A stretch of 44,165 nt of DNA from NCBI GenBank assembly GCA_038523235.1, contig JBCBJQ010000043.1, positions 1-44,165 of the forward strand, read 5' to 3'. Positions within the stretch are counted from its first letter, which is position 1, and the number at the start of each line of letters is the position of its first letter. Positions 1-9,251 of this stretch are shown here, piece after piece. The notes beneath the pieces are model-generated. The model had not been told where the DNA came from. It worked only from the letters and a program-made list of their open reading frames with translations, and did no database searches. Source of the DNA: Cyanobacteria bacterium J06626_4. Its GTDB lineage: Bacteria; Cyanobacteriota; Cyanobacteriia; Phormidesmidales; Phormidesmidaceae. Position numbers and translations under genes: made by a program.

Positions 1-360
1 AGTTTAGGTGTCGTAATGGGGTTTGTCGTTGGGGTCATTATCGTCTATCAAATTCTCTACAGTGATGTCTCAGATCATTTACCCGAATATGCCACGCTTA
101 AGGCCATGGGTTATCACAATGGCTATTTACTGAGTGTGGTCTCTCAAGAAGCTTTTATTTTGGCAGTGTCTGGTTATATTCCCGGCTATTTGATCTCATC
201 TTTCCTTTATGACTTGACTCGTAACGCGACTAATTTGCCACTTCTGATGACATCTCAGATTTCTCTCTTTACGCTATTTCTGACAGTTTTAATGTGTGCA
301 ATTTCAGGAGCAGTTGCCATGCGAAAGCTACGGTCAGCCGATCCTGCAGATATTTTCTAG
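1..360 (+). CDS. devC: ABC exporter permease, DevC/FtsX family (5'-truncated by window edge)
   Basis: Frame open from base 1. C-terminal motifs IVYQILYSDVSDHLPEYATLKAMGY and RKLRSADPADIF are typical of DevC permeases. Directly upstream of a DevA-like ATPase. Confidence 0.85.
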   Translation, partial: SLGVVMGFVVGVIIVYQILYSDVSDHLPEYATLKAMGYHNGYLLSVVSQEAFILAVSGYIPGYLISSFLYDLTRNATNLPLLMTSQISLFTLFLTVLMCAISGAVAMRKLRSADPADIF

Positions 361-396
361 ATGTGTCGAATTTGCTCAAATTTCAAAACAAAAGAC

Positions 397-1161
397 ATGT
401 TTCGTATTGACGAAAATCCACAACTTATACATTCGAAATCTTTCCATGGATCCCGTCATCCATCCATAGTTTCTGTTCAGAATCTTAATCATTTTTTTGG
501 GAAAGATAATCTCCGAAAACAAGTTCTGTTTGATGTCAATCTAGAGATTCAGACAGGTGAGATTGTCTTGATGACAGGCCCCTCTGGGTCTGGAAAGACA
601 ACTTTGCTAACGCTGATTTGTGGATTGAGATCTGCTCAAGAGGGTGGTTTACAGGTACTGGGGCAAGAGGTTTGTGGAGCCAGCCAGCGTCAATTGACTC
701 AGTTACGGCGAGAAATTGGATACATTTTCCAAGCTCATAATCTCCATCAGAGTTTGACAGCTCAGCAGAATGTTGAAATGGCATTACAACTGCATCAGCC
801 AACGGCATCAGAGCGTCGAATTAGAGCCGTTGAAATGCTCAAATCAGTCGGACTAGAAAGTCGGCGAAACTACTTTCCAGACGATTTATCAGGTGGACAA
901 AAACAGCGGGTAGCGATCGCCCGTGCTCTGGTAAGTCATCCCAAAATTGTCCTAGCCGACGAACCCACTGCAGCCCTGGATAGCAAGTCTGGTCGAGAAG
1001 TGGTAACGCTGATGCAGAAACTCGCGAAAGAGCAGGGCTGTACGATTTTAATGGTCACCCATGACAATCGCATTCTGGATGTGGCTGATCGGATTGTTGA
1101 AATGGAGGACGGACATTTGCTCTCCAGTTATTCTTCTCAGTCTCAGGAGCAGGTAGCATAG
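397..1161 (+). CDS. devA: ABC exporter ATP-binding subunit, DevA family
   Basis: Walker A GPSGSGKTT, Q-loop IGYIFQAHNL, signature LSGGQKQRVAIARAL, Walker B LADEPT, H-loop VTHD. Start uncertain (361 or 397). Confidence 0.88.
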   Translation: MFRIDENPQLIHSKSFHGSRHPSIVSVQNLNHFFGKDNLRKQVLFDVNLEIQTGEIVLMTGPSGSGKTTLLTLICGLRSAQEGGLQVLGQEVCGASQRQLTQLRREIGYIFQAHNLHQSLTAQQNVEMALQLHQPTASERRIRAVEMLKSVGLESRRNYFPDDLSGGQKQRVAIARALVSHPKIVLADEPTAALDSKSGREVVTLMQKLAKEQGCTILMVTHDNRILDVADRIVEMEDGHLLSSYSSQSQEQVA

Positions 1162-1515
1162 CTTTTCGGCTTCAGGTTTAGAGGCTGCGATTTTTCTCAA
1201 TATCGTGTTTGCTTACATAATTAAAACTAGGACAATCTGCATTTTATTGTTGCCATCAACTGTTATCTGAAAGCTGATTACATTCAAAATTATTTCGAGA
1301 AACAGTATTTATTAATCGTGAGGATAAATCATCATGTATCGTTTCTTTTTGCGTTTAATTAGCATTACATTCGGTGGAGTCGTTTTTTGTTGTACAGACT
1401 CACTCTGCTAAGGGGTAAAGCAAAAGACCAAAAGATCGCATGAATTGAGATATTCTCAGGACGTGCACCCGCCAGGTAAGCAGGAGAAGCAATTAATTGA
1501 ACTTTGGAGACAAAA

Positions 1516-2109
1516 ATGACCTCTGCTAATCACTCATTTGGTATCGCTAGCGCCTTCTCGCTATTGTCGTGGTTGCTCTTGGGCTCGAACACCCCTGGCT
1601 CCGCCCAAGCTCTCCCGGTAGAAGTGCTGACGACTACCCCGGCAAGCGAGGTTGCTCAGACCACGCCTCCTGATGAGGAAGAGGAACAGCCCCCGAGAAC
1701 TAGCTATGTGGGGCTAGGCGGGACTCTTGGCCTCAGTGACGACGGCGAAACTAAGTTGGGGAATGGCGGATTCTCTATTATGTCGCGCATCCCCTTAACG
1801 GACGTGTTGTCTGTACACACGGCGTCTGTCGTGAGTAGTGATGGCTACAGCTCATTTGCGTTAACCGGGAGTTTTCCGGTCGGTAATCGCGAGTCAGAGC
1901 AGGCAGAACTGCCTGTGGTTATTCCCTTTGCTGGAGTGGGCCTGGGGGTGGAGTTTGAAGATTTTGATATTGATCCGATGATAACTGTGGGAGCAGATAT
2001 TCCGATTACTGAGAGGATCACGGGAACGACCCGAGTTAATGCCAATTTTGGTGAAGAGGGTACTGACGTTGGCCTAGTGCTCGGCGTGGGTATTCGTCTA
2101 TTCCGCTAA
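1516..2109 (+). CDS. Putative outer-membrane beta-barrel protein with signal peptide
   Basis: Signal-like N-terminus ending ..SAQA, an acidic/Pro-rich linker, alternating amphipathic beta strands (SYVGLGGTLGL, IPFAGVGLG) and a C-terminal VLGVGIRLFR resembling a beta-signal. Confidence 0.65.
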   Translation: MTSANHSFGIASAFSLLSWLLLGSNTPGSAQALPVEVLTTTPASEVAQTTPPDEEEEQPPRTSYVGLGGTLGLSDDGETKLGNGGFSIMSRIPLTDVLSVHTASVVSSDGYSSFALTGSFPVGNRESEQAELPVVIPFAGVGLGVEFEDFDIDPMITVGADIPITERITGTTRVNANFGEEGTDVGLVLGVGIRLFR

Positions 2110-2356
2110 GTGCTTTCTGAAGGATTCACAGATAGAAAAAGGCGATCGCGGCGACAAGAGTTATGAACCTTGAGTTCGCAGCAAACATATGTGGCAAGCA
2201 GGGTACTCATCCTGAATCCCCTGCTTGTCACTCAATGCCTTTGTCTTTTGCGAGACCTTGAACGGCTGATGAGTTTAGCCATCCTAGGTTTTGCCGTCAG
2301 TCACATCTGCGGTGAATTCTTGAGCAGCCGAGTACTGCCTCAAGGGAGTCTCGTGC

Positions 2357-2989
2357 TTAAATTAGATGTTTTTGCGCCCAAAGTGCCGCCTGAATGCGAT
2401 CGCGCATCTCTAGCTTACTGAGCACTTGAGTGACGTAATTTTTGACTGTGCCTTCACTCAGATGCAGGGTTGTCGCAATTTCTTGATTGTTCTGGCCCTG
2501 CCCGATGAGTTTGAGCACTTCGGCTTCTCGCTTGCTCAATTCGCTGATGGCAGCTGTGGACGCCTGTGGTGCAGGCTTTAAGTAGGAAAATGCTTTGAGG
2601 GCAACTGTTGGGCTTAGCTGACTGTAGCCTTGGGCGACCGAGCGGATGGCGGCAGCGATCGCGGGGGCAGGTGTCCTTTTCAAGAGATAGCCCAGCGCCC
2701 CAGCCTGCAGGGACTGCAGAATATACTCGTCATCGTCAAACGTCGTCAGCACCAAAATGCGCATCCAGGGATAGCGCTGATGGATTTCGGCAGTGGCTTG
2801 CACACCGTCCACACCGGGCATTCTGACATCCATCAGAATCACATTAGGCTGTAGCTTTTCAGCTAAACCAATGGCTTCATCACCGTTTTCCGCCTGACCA
2901 ACAACTTCCAAGTCAGCCTCAACAGACAGTAACGTTGCCAGCCCCTCGCGGAAAATCACCTGATCGTCAGCTAACAGCAATCGAATCAT
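2357..2989 (-). CDS. NarL/LuxR-family DNA-binding response regulator
   Basis: REC domain (LLADD, LMDVRMP, LTTFDDD, GYLLK) plus LuxR HTH (LSKREAEVLKLIGQGQNNQEIA...TVKNYV). Start overlaps the kinase stop by 4 bp. Confidence 0.95.
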   Translation of the reverse strand: MIRLLLADDQVIFREGLATLLSVEADLEVVGQAENGDEAIGLAEKLQPNVILMDVRMPGVDGVQATAEIHQRYPWMRILVLTTFDDDEYILQSLQAGALGYLLKRTPAPAIAAAIRSVAQGYSQLSPTVALKAFSYLKPAPQASTAAISELSKREAEVLKLIGQGQNNQEIATTLHLSEGTVKNYVTQVLSKLEMRDRIQAALWAQKHLI

Positions 2990-4131
2990 CGTGGCAACGT
3001 CACTTGAAGACGCATGCCTTCTGACAACGCAGTTTGAATCTCTAGCTGTCCGCCGAGGAGTTGTACCCGCTCTCTAATGCCTTGAATCCCAAAGCCGGCA
3101 TAAAGTGCGTTCATCTCTGCACCAATACCGTCGTCTTCAATGTCGAGAACAATGTCACTGGCGGTGACAGTGCCGTAGAGTGCGAGTTGAGAGGCCTGAG
3201 CGTGCTTTTGCACGTTCATAATGGCTTCTTTCGTAATGCAGAAGATTTGATAACTCTGATAAATCGGCAGTGGGGGCAAATTCAATTCCCCTCTCACCTT
3301 TAAGTTAGACGTCTGCTGAACTTGCGCTAAAAGGGTGCTGAGGGCTTGGTTGAGGTCGAAATCTGAGCGGCGCATGCGCTGCAGCGCTCGGCTCGTATCT
3401 TCGATGCATTGACCCACCAGCGTCTTGGCTAGGTCTACAGCACAGGCGGCTTGCTCTGGGTCGCGTCGCCGGAGTTCTTGAGCGACGGCTAGTTGAATGT
3501 CGAGATCCGTCAGGGTATGCCCCAATGAGTCGTGCAGTTCGCGGGCAATGCGAGTCCGCTCAAGATCGGCTGACAGAGATTCGATTTGCTGCGAGAGTAT
3601 CTTTGCTCGCTGGCGGCTTTCTTGTTCAGTGACGACCATAGCGCTGGCAATTAGCGTAAAAGTGCTCGCCGAGAGGTAAGCCGCTAGCGAAATCACGACA
3701 AACCGGATGAGCGTAGCCGGGTCAAACACAGAAAGGGGAATCGGTTCGGACGATCTCTGAACCCAATCAACTTGCGATAGATACTCGCTGATGATCCAAG
3801 GCCCCATCACTAACACCACCGCCGCGATCGCGAAGCGGCGGTCGAGCAAAAAATAGCTCTTAGAGAAATAGACAAATAGCAGAAAGTCGGAATCAATGCC
3901 CACTCGATTGGCTAGTACGATCGCGGCCAAAGCCGTCCCGATGTAAAGCAGGCGTTGGGTGTAGGGCCGACGCTCTGGGAAAAAACAGCTCAGGCCAAAA
4001 ACACCCCCATAGAACACGAGAGCCAGTGGCCAGTCCTGCCTCATTCCACTCAGTTCCATACTGATATAGGCAAAAAGAATAGCCCACTCTAAATATCGAA
4101 ATGTCCGAGAAAGGGGATGCAAAAAAGGCAT
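2986..4131 (-). CDS. Membrane sensor histidine kinase, HisKA_3 (NarX/DesK type)
   Basis: Several N-terminal TM segments, H-box ERTRIARELHDSLGH, HATPase motifs EAIMNVQKHA, IEDDGIG, GFGIQGIRERV. Confidence 0.93.
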   Translation of the reverse strand: MPFLHPLSRTFRYLEWAILFAYISMELSGMRQDWPLALVFYGGVFGLSCFFPERRPYTQRLLYIGTALAAIVLANRVGIDSDFLLFVYFSKSYFLLDRRFAIAAVVLVMGPWIISEYLSQVDWVQRSSEPIPLSVFDPATLIRFVVISLAAYLSASTFTLIASAMVVTEQESRQRAKILSQQIESLSADLERTRIARELHDSLGHTLTDLDIQLAVAQELRRRDPEQAACAVDLAKTLVGQCIEDTSRALQRMRRSDFDLNQALSTLLAQVQQTSNLKVRGELNLPPLPIYQSYQIFCITKEAIMNVQKHAQASQLALYGTVTASDIVLDIEDDGIGAEMNALYAGFGIQGIRERVQLLGGQLEIQTALSEGMRLQVTLPR

Positions 4132-4198
4132 CAAACAGTGATTTAAAGAGCGATTAAGTTATGTCACAACCGTATCGTGAATAGCCTTTCCGCAAAAG

Positions 4199-4212
4199 AT
4201 GACTGGGGTCAT
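4199..4212. promoter_or_regulatory. Candidate operator for the NarL-type response regulator (ATGAC-N4-GTCAT)
   Basis: Inverted repeat ATGACTGGGGTCAT about 70 bp upstream of the kinase start in the divergent intergenic region, followed by a -10-like TATGCT at 4259-4264. Confidence 0.45.
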
Positions 4213-4630
4213 GTCTTTTCATGCACTGAGGAAGTATCGGTCTGATTCCTAAACTTCCTATGCTGATTGTGTTAATCACAGTTTTAGCCACACAGCTGGC
4301 AAATTGCTCGTGATGGCGTTGAACCAGAGTCGGGCTAAGAAGCTGATCTTAGGCTCACTACAAAGGGCGTAATGATGGCTTTAGGGCTAACTTGAGCGGC
4401 TGGCACTGAGCAATCCGTTTGACGGAGTCTGGCGACGATGTTTGTGAGCTGCGGATCAGAGGAAATCACCAGTGCCACCATCGGCTGAGATGACAGTTAT
4501 GTTTTCATCCCTTACTTTGCCTTTCATCAATCGGATGGGTATTAAGCACCAGCCATTGGTTTCATCGCTGCGAGCTGTTTGAAGAATCCTTTCTCATGGT
4601 CGGATCGGGGTTCACAGCTTGAGGCTTCTA

Positions 4631-4806
4631 AACCACGTCTAAGTTGAAAACTGGAGTTGTGCTGGCTTGGGAAAACCTCACCTAACCTCTCCTTTTCAAG
4701 GAGAGGAACCAAAGTCTAGCTGAGCCTCTCCTTTTCAAGGAGAGGTGCCGCAGGCGGTGAGGTTACGCCAGGTGCCAAAACTCCACTTCTGAATCTGGAT
4801 GAGGTT
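4631..4806. mobile_element. MITE-like element, family A copy 1 (176 bp), TA-flanked, with two internal CCTCTCCTT-N3-AAGGAGAGG hairpins
   Basis: Imperfect ~30 bp terminal inverted repeats (AACCACGTCTAAGTTGAAAACTGGAGTT / AACTCCACTTCTGAATCTGGATGAGGTT), TA on both sides, and a homologous inverted copy at 19819-20206. Confidence 0.75.
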
Positions 4807-5063
4807 TAGCTGCGGATTCGTGATTGATCCTTCCCCCGTAGATATGGATTTCGTGCGGAAAAGAAGGGCTACTCTGTTGGGTTTCTAGCCCGGTTTACAG
4901 CATTCACAGATTCTTATTTTCCTGCATATCTGAGTTTGTTCGACAGCGCTGTTGGATGACAGGCACAACTGTCGCTGTCAAGTGATCGGCATCGTGATTC
5001 AAACCCGCAAATTCGTTTCCTAGCTTTGTTCGTTAATCAACCATTCACCAAAAGAGAAGACTC

Positions 5064-7265
5064 ATGGCTACCATTTCAGGCATCGTCGCCAGCAGTGGTG
5101 ACGGCTTCGACAACAACAATCAAGACTTTGACATTCTGCTCCGTGCCTTACAGTCCGCCAATTTGGTCGAGGCCCTTAATGACCCCGCCGCTGATCTGAC
5201 GGTATTTGCGCCGACGGATGCAGCGTTCGTGGCGCTAGCTCAAGACTTTGGCTTTGGCGGTGATGATGAGGCAGGCGCTTTTGACGCGATCGTGGCGGCG
5301 CTCACTGAACTGGGCGGCGGTAACCCCCTACCGCTCTTGACGGATGTGCTGTTGTACCACGTTTCCCCCGGTGCTCAAAGTCAGACGCAGTTGCAGAGCG
5401 CAGGCACCACTACGACGCTTTTAAGCGACGTTAGCTTTGTGGTCGTTGGGTCAGAGCTGGTCGACAACGAGTCGGATCTGCTTAATCCCTCTTTTGTGGC
5501 AGAACTCGTTGATGTTGCGGCAGACAACGGCACGGTGCAGGGCATTAACCGTGTCCTCATTCCCTTAGATATTGCGGGCAACGAACTGATGTTGCCAGAA
5601 CCTGAGCTACCGACGATCGCCAACTTCGTCGGGGATGGCTTTGATAGCGATCGCCAAGACTTTGATATCTTACGGCTGGCCGTGCAAACTGCGGGGCTGG
5701 CCGACACGCTCAATGACCCCACCGCAGATTTAACCATATTTGCACCGACAGATGCGGCGTTTATCGCCCTCGCCCAGGACTTGGGCTTTGGCGGTAGTGA
5801 TGAGGCGGGCGCTTTTGACGCGATCGTGACTTCCCTGACTGAGCTAGGCAACGGTGACCCCATTCCTCTGGTAACTGATATCTTGCTGTACCACGTCTCC
5901 CCTGGTGCTCAAAGTCAGTCCCAGCTACAGAGTGCAGGCGCTGTTACCACACTGCTGAGTGACACTAGCTTCGATGTTGTTGGCTCAGAACTGGTAGATA
6001 ATGAGCCGGATTTGCTGAACCCGACTCTAGTCGAGGAACTCGCTGACATAGTCGCAGCGAATGGTACGGTGCAGGGCATTGAGCGTGTCCTCCTGCCTCT
6101 AGATATTCCTAGTAATGAGGCTTCACCGCCCATGCTGCCGACCATTGCCGGTATCGTCGCTGCGAGCGGAGATGGCTTTGACAGCAATGATCAGGATTTC
6201 GACATTTTGCTGCAGGCCGTCCAAACTGCTGGGCTAGTTGACGCCCTGAATGATCCTGCCGCCGACCTGACGGTGTTTGCGCCAACAGACGCGGCCTTTG
6301 TCGCGCTCGCCCAAGATCTGGGTTTTCGCGGCGTGGATGAAGCGAGCGCTTTTGACGCGATCGTGGCAACTCTCACCGACCTCGGCAACGGTGATCCGGT
6401 TCCCGTTCTGACCGACATTTTGCTTTACCACGTGGCTCCGGGTGCCCAGAGCCAGGCCCAACTGCAGGCTGACGGCACCGTGACAACGCTGCTGACCGAT
6501 GCGAACTTCGGTGTAGAAGGGGAAGCGCTCATTGACAATGAACCGGATCTACTGAACCCGAACTTTGTCACTGCACTCGCTGACGTAGCCGCCGCCAATG
6601 GGGTCGTACAGGGGATTGACCGGGTTCTGATTCCCCTAGACCTCCCCGACAACGATGTCCGAGTTATCGATGGTAGCTCTGGGCAGGACTTTCTGTTTGG
6701 CTTTCGGCAAGACACGGTCTTCTTGGCCCAAGACGGGGATGATTTTGTCTTCGGCGGCAGCGGCAACGACCAGCTTAATGGCGATGACGGCGATGATTTG
6801 TTGTCTGGTAGTCGCGGGCGTGACGTCCTGCGAGGGGGTGGCGACGACGATTTTCTCTCCGGCGGGGATGAGGCCGACCTACTGCTCGGGGGCGAGGGCA
6901 GCGATCGCCTCTTTGGTAACGACGGAGCCGATACGCTACTGGGCGGCACCGGTGACGACATCCTATTCGGTGGCGACGGCAGCAATGTTCTAGACGGTGG
7001 TCAGGGTGAGGATCGCCTTCGTCTCAGCAGCGGCGATGACATGATCACTCTGCGTCAGGGCGACGGTATCGATACGATTCTCGGCTTTGCCCCTGAACGC
7101 GTCAGCTTTTTGCTGGCAGACGGTCTCACCTTTGCCGACTTGAGCTTTCAGCAAGGGCAGAATTCGACGAATATCGTCGCCGGCGATGAAGTTCTTGCTC
7201 AGGTGATCGGAGTCGCTGCCCCATCGCTCAACCTTGAAGCCATCTTTACGACGGTCTCAGGGTGA
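5064..7265 (+). CDS. Secreted protein with three tandem fasciclin (FAS1) domains and C-terminal RTX/hemolysin-type Ca-binding repeats
   Basis: Three ~175 aa repeats, each with FAS1 H1 (LTVFAPTDAAF), LLYHV and H2 (NGTVQGI[N/E/D]RVL), then multiple GGxGxDxLx nonamers. No N-terminal signal peptide. Confidence 0.9.
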   Translation: MATISGIVASSGDGFDNNNQDFDILLRALQSANLVEALNDPAADLTVFAPTDAAFVALAQDFGFGGDDEAGAFDAIVAALTELGGGNPLPLLTDVLLYHVSPGAQSQTQLQSAGTTTTLLSDVSFVVVGSELVDNESDLLNPSFVAELVDVAADNGTVQGINRVLIPLDIAGNELMLPEPELPTIANFVGDGFDSDRQDFDILRLAVQTAGLADTLNDPTADLTIFAPTDAAFIALAQDLGFGGSDEAGAFDAIVTSLTELGNGDPIPLVTDILLYHVSPGAQSQSQLQSAGAVTTLLSDTSFDVVGSELVDNEPDLLNPTLVEELADIVAANGTVQGIERVLLPLDIPSNEASPPMLPTIAGIVAASGDGFDSNDQDFDILLQAVQTAGLVDALNDPAADLTVFAPTDAAFVALAQDLGFRGVDEASAFDAIVATLTDLGNGDPVPVLTDILLYHVAPGAQSQAQLQADGTVTTLLTDANFGVEGEALIDNEPDLLNPNFVTALADVAAANGVVQGIDRVLIPLDLPDNDVRVIDGSSGQDFLFGFRQDTVFLAQDGDDFVFGGSGNDQLNGDDGDDLLSGSRGRDVLRGGGDDDFLSGGDEADLLLGGEGSDRLFGNDGADTLLGGTGDDILFGGDGSNVLDGGQGEDRLRLSSGDDMITLRQGDGIDTILGFAPERVSFLLADGLTFADLSFQQGQNSTNIVAGDEVLAQVIGVAAPSLNLEAIFTTVSG

Positions 7266-7417
7266 CGACGTTGACTTGCATCACAGTCGGCGGCGAGGTA
7301 TTGATATCGATTCGCCAGACTGGCCGGTTGGGGTGGGGCGTTAAACCTGTAGATGCGCTTTCTGCCTCTCTCACCCACACCACAAGATAGCCATCCTCGT
7401 CACCGGTTGAGCAAATT

Positions 7418-7533
7418 ATACCAATTCTCTGAAACTGGACTACAGATCTTCCTTTCGGCTCCGCTCAAGGAACGTCGGCTGAGCGAAGTCGAAGCCAACT
7501 TGTATGTGTAGCTGTAATTTGTCGAACTGGTAT
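7418..7533. mobile_element. Short MITE-like element (family B) enclosing a REP-like palindrome
   Basis: Terminal inverted repeats ATACCAATTC...CTACA / TGTAG...GAACTGGTAT and an internal inverted pair TTCGGCTCCGCTCA ... TGAGCGAAGTCGAA. Confidence 0.6.
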
Positions 7534-7696
7534 TATCCCTGAGCTTTTCCTCTCGAAAAGAGAAGCTCGATCACAAAATTCCTCTCCCGAGCCATAGCCC
7601 GAAGGGCATTAAGCCAAGAAGAGGAATTGAGAGGAGTAAACGCAGAGCGGCTTCTCTGCGAGTGGCAAAGCGTGTCAAATGTCCTTCTACAAGACT

Positions 7697-7726
7697 GGAT
7701 AGCAACTCCTCGAAAAGTTGCTATCC
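7697..7726 (-). terminator. Stem-loop downstream of the PEP-CTERM gene (probable terminator or 3' stabiliser)
   Basis: GGATAGCAACT-8 nt-AGTTGCTATCC, an 11 bp perfect stem about 25 bp after the stop. No strong U-tract. Confidence 0.5.
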
Positions 7727-7749
7727 CACCCTGACTCCTAAGTTTGCCC

Positions 7750-8610
7750 TTAACGACGCTGGCGCTTGGTGACCAAGCCGATCGCCCCGAGACCTAAAAG
7801 CGCGATCGCGCTAGCCGGTTCTGGGACTGATGCTGTGTCCTGAGTATCTACCAGCCCTCTGACAGCGACGACGACGTCGTTGTAGTCTTTATCGCCACCA
7901 CCGTAGATGTCTTCGTAGGCCAACACGAGATAATCGCCATACTGATAAGTTGTAACGTGCTGCAAGCCATCACCGTTCGATGTGTCAGCGGCGGATAAGC
8001 TATCAAAGACCTTGGTGTGGGGATTGCGCAAATAGAAGTTGACTGCTTCACCAGCGTCAACATCGCCAATTTTGTAACCTTCACCCAGGGCCAAAGGTCC
8101 ATTACCATTGGCAAGAATGCTGTTTTTGGACGACACATCGCCCCAAACGGTCTCAAAGTTTTCGTCGTTGTTCCAAAAATCAACCAGAGCCTGGTTGCCA
8201 GCCCCAGTCGGCGCATTGGTGGAATAGCCAAACTTGTTGCGGTACCCAGCGCCTTCATTAATGAAGAAGACTTCGACATCTTCTGCTCCGGCTTCCCAGG
8301 TCAGTAAATCGATGTCAAGCTCAACGAGGTCGTCGAGCTTAGCGCCATTTGTACCGTAGGCGGCACGCTCATTATTCACAAAAGAATTGATAGCAAACCA
8401 GTCTTCAAAGTCAAGGGAGTAATCTGCCGCTTGGCTCTCAAAGGATGACTTAGTCCCCTCAAAGAGGGTGCCATAATTGCTAGCGGTCGTGTCTGCATTC
8501 AGTAAATCCTTAGCTTGCCGAGAGACCGTGGCAGCGTTGGCAGTTGCTGGCAAAAAAGCGACAAGTGATGCGGCTGTCGCTAATCCGAGCGCGAGTGCTG
8601 TATTTTTCAT
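7750..8610 (-). CDS. PEP-CTERM sorting-signal protein with DUF4114-like domain
   Basis: Signal peptide ending ANA-A; motifs FINEGAGYRN, NGDGLQHV, LAYEDIYGGGDKDYNDVVV; C-terminal VPEP + TM + basic tail KRQRR. Confidence 0.9.
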   Translation of the reverse strand: MKNTALALGLATAASLVAFLPATANAATVSRQAKDLLNADTTASNYGTLFEGTKSSFESQAADYSLDFEDWFAINSFVNNERAAYGTNGAKLDDLVELDIDLLTWEAGAEDVEVFFINEGAGYRNKFGYSTNAPTGAGNQALVDFWNNDENFETVWGDVSSKNSILANGNGPLALGEGYKIGDVDAGEAVNFYLRNPHTKVFDSLSAADTSNGDGLQHVTTYQYGDYLVLAYEDIYGGGDKDYNDVVVAVRGLVDTQDTASVPEPASAIALLGLGAIGLVTKRQRR

Positions 8611-9251
8611 AACTAACTTTCCTCAAAACAAAAGGTGAATCAAAACCGACTTTTATGTCACCCACAGTTATCAGAATGGCAACTAACGATTGATTTCTGT
8701 CAGAAAAACTGAGATTTTTATGGGAATCTCGAAAACAAGACTATAGACCTTTAAATTCCTTCTTGAAACATCTCCTGACCTGATTTTTGGTTGAAAAATT
8801 AAGTGGAAGTTCGGCAAGAAACTCATCCTAGCGTCACCCAAACTCAGTGAATTTCCACAGAAAGTTGAGCCTGACTCCGGAAATTCAACGATGCTTATTT
8901 AACCCCGTTATCGCTGCTTTCCAAAAAACGGGTGCTCTTTCCGTAATTCACCCAACATCACGATGCTGATATCGGCTCAATTCAAGCCAGTTGTCGTGAA
9001 AGCCAACAGAGCACTCGCAATAGAGCGGGGTTTAGGTCGACAAACGCTTTGTTTTTGCCTAATGTTCTTGCTGACAGCGAGGTATGACAATCTCTCGCAC
9101 TTACCAACGAGGTCATGTAGCGCTGCTAAAGCCAAGAGATGCTTGCTCTTTTTATCCCAAAATTTGATTGGTTCTGAGCTCCAAAAGTCTCCAAAAATCA
9201 GACTTAGCTTTTCAGACAGACTTGCAAGAAGGGCTAGGCAAGGTGCAATAC

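Noticed and set aside
5381..6985. Long Ser/Pro-rich antisense ORFs opposite the fasciclin gene
   Set aside because: Shadow frames of a repetitive GC-rich gene. The same applies to antisense ORFs over the RND, ATPase, glgX and speA genes.
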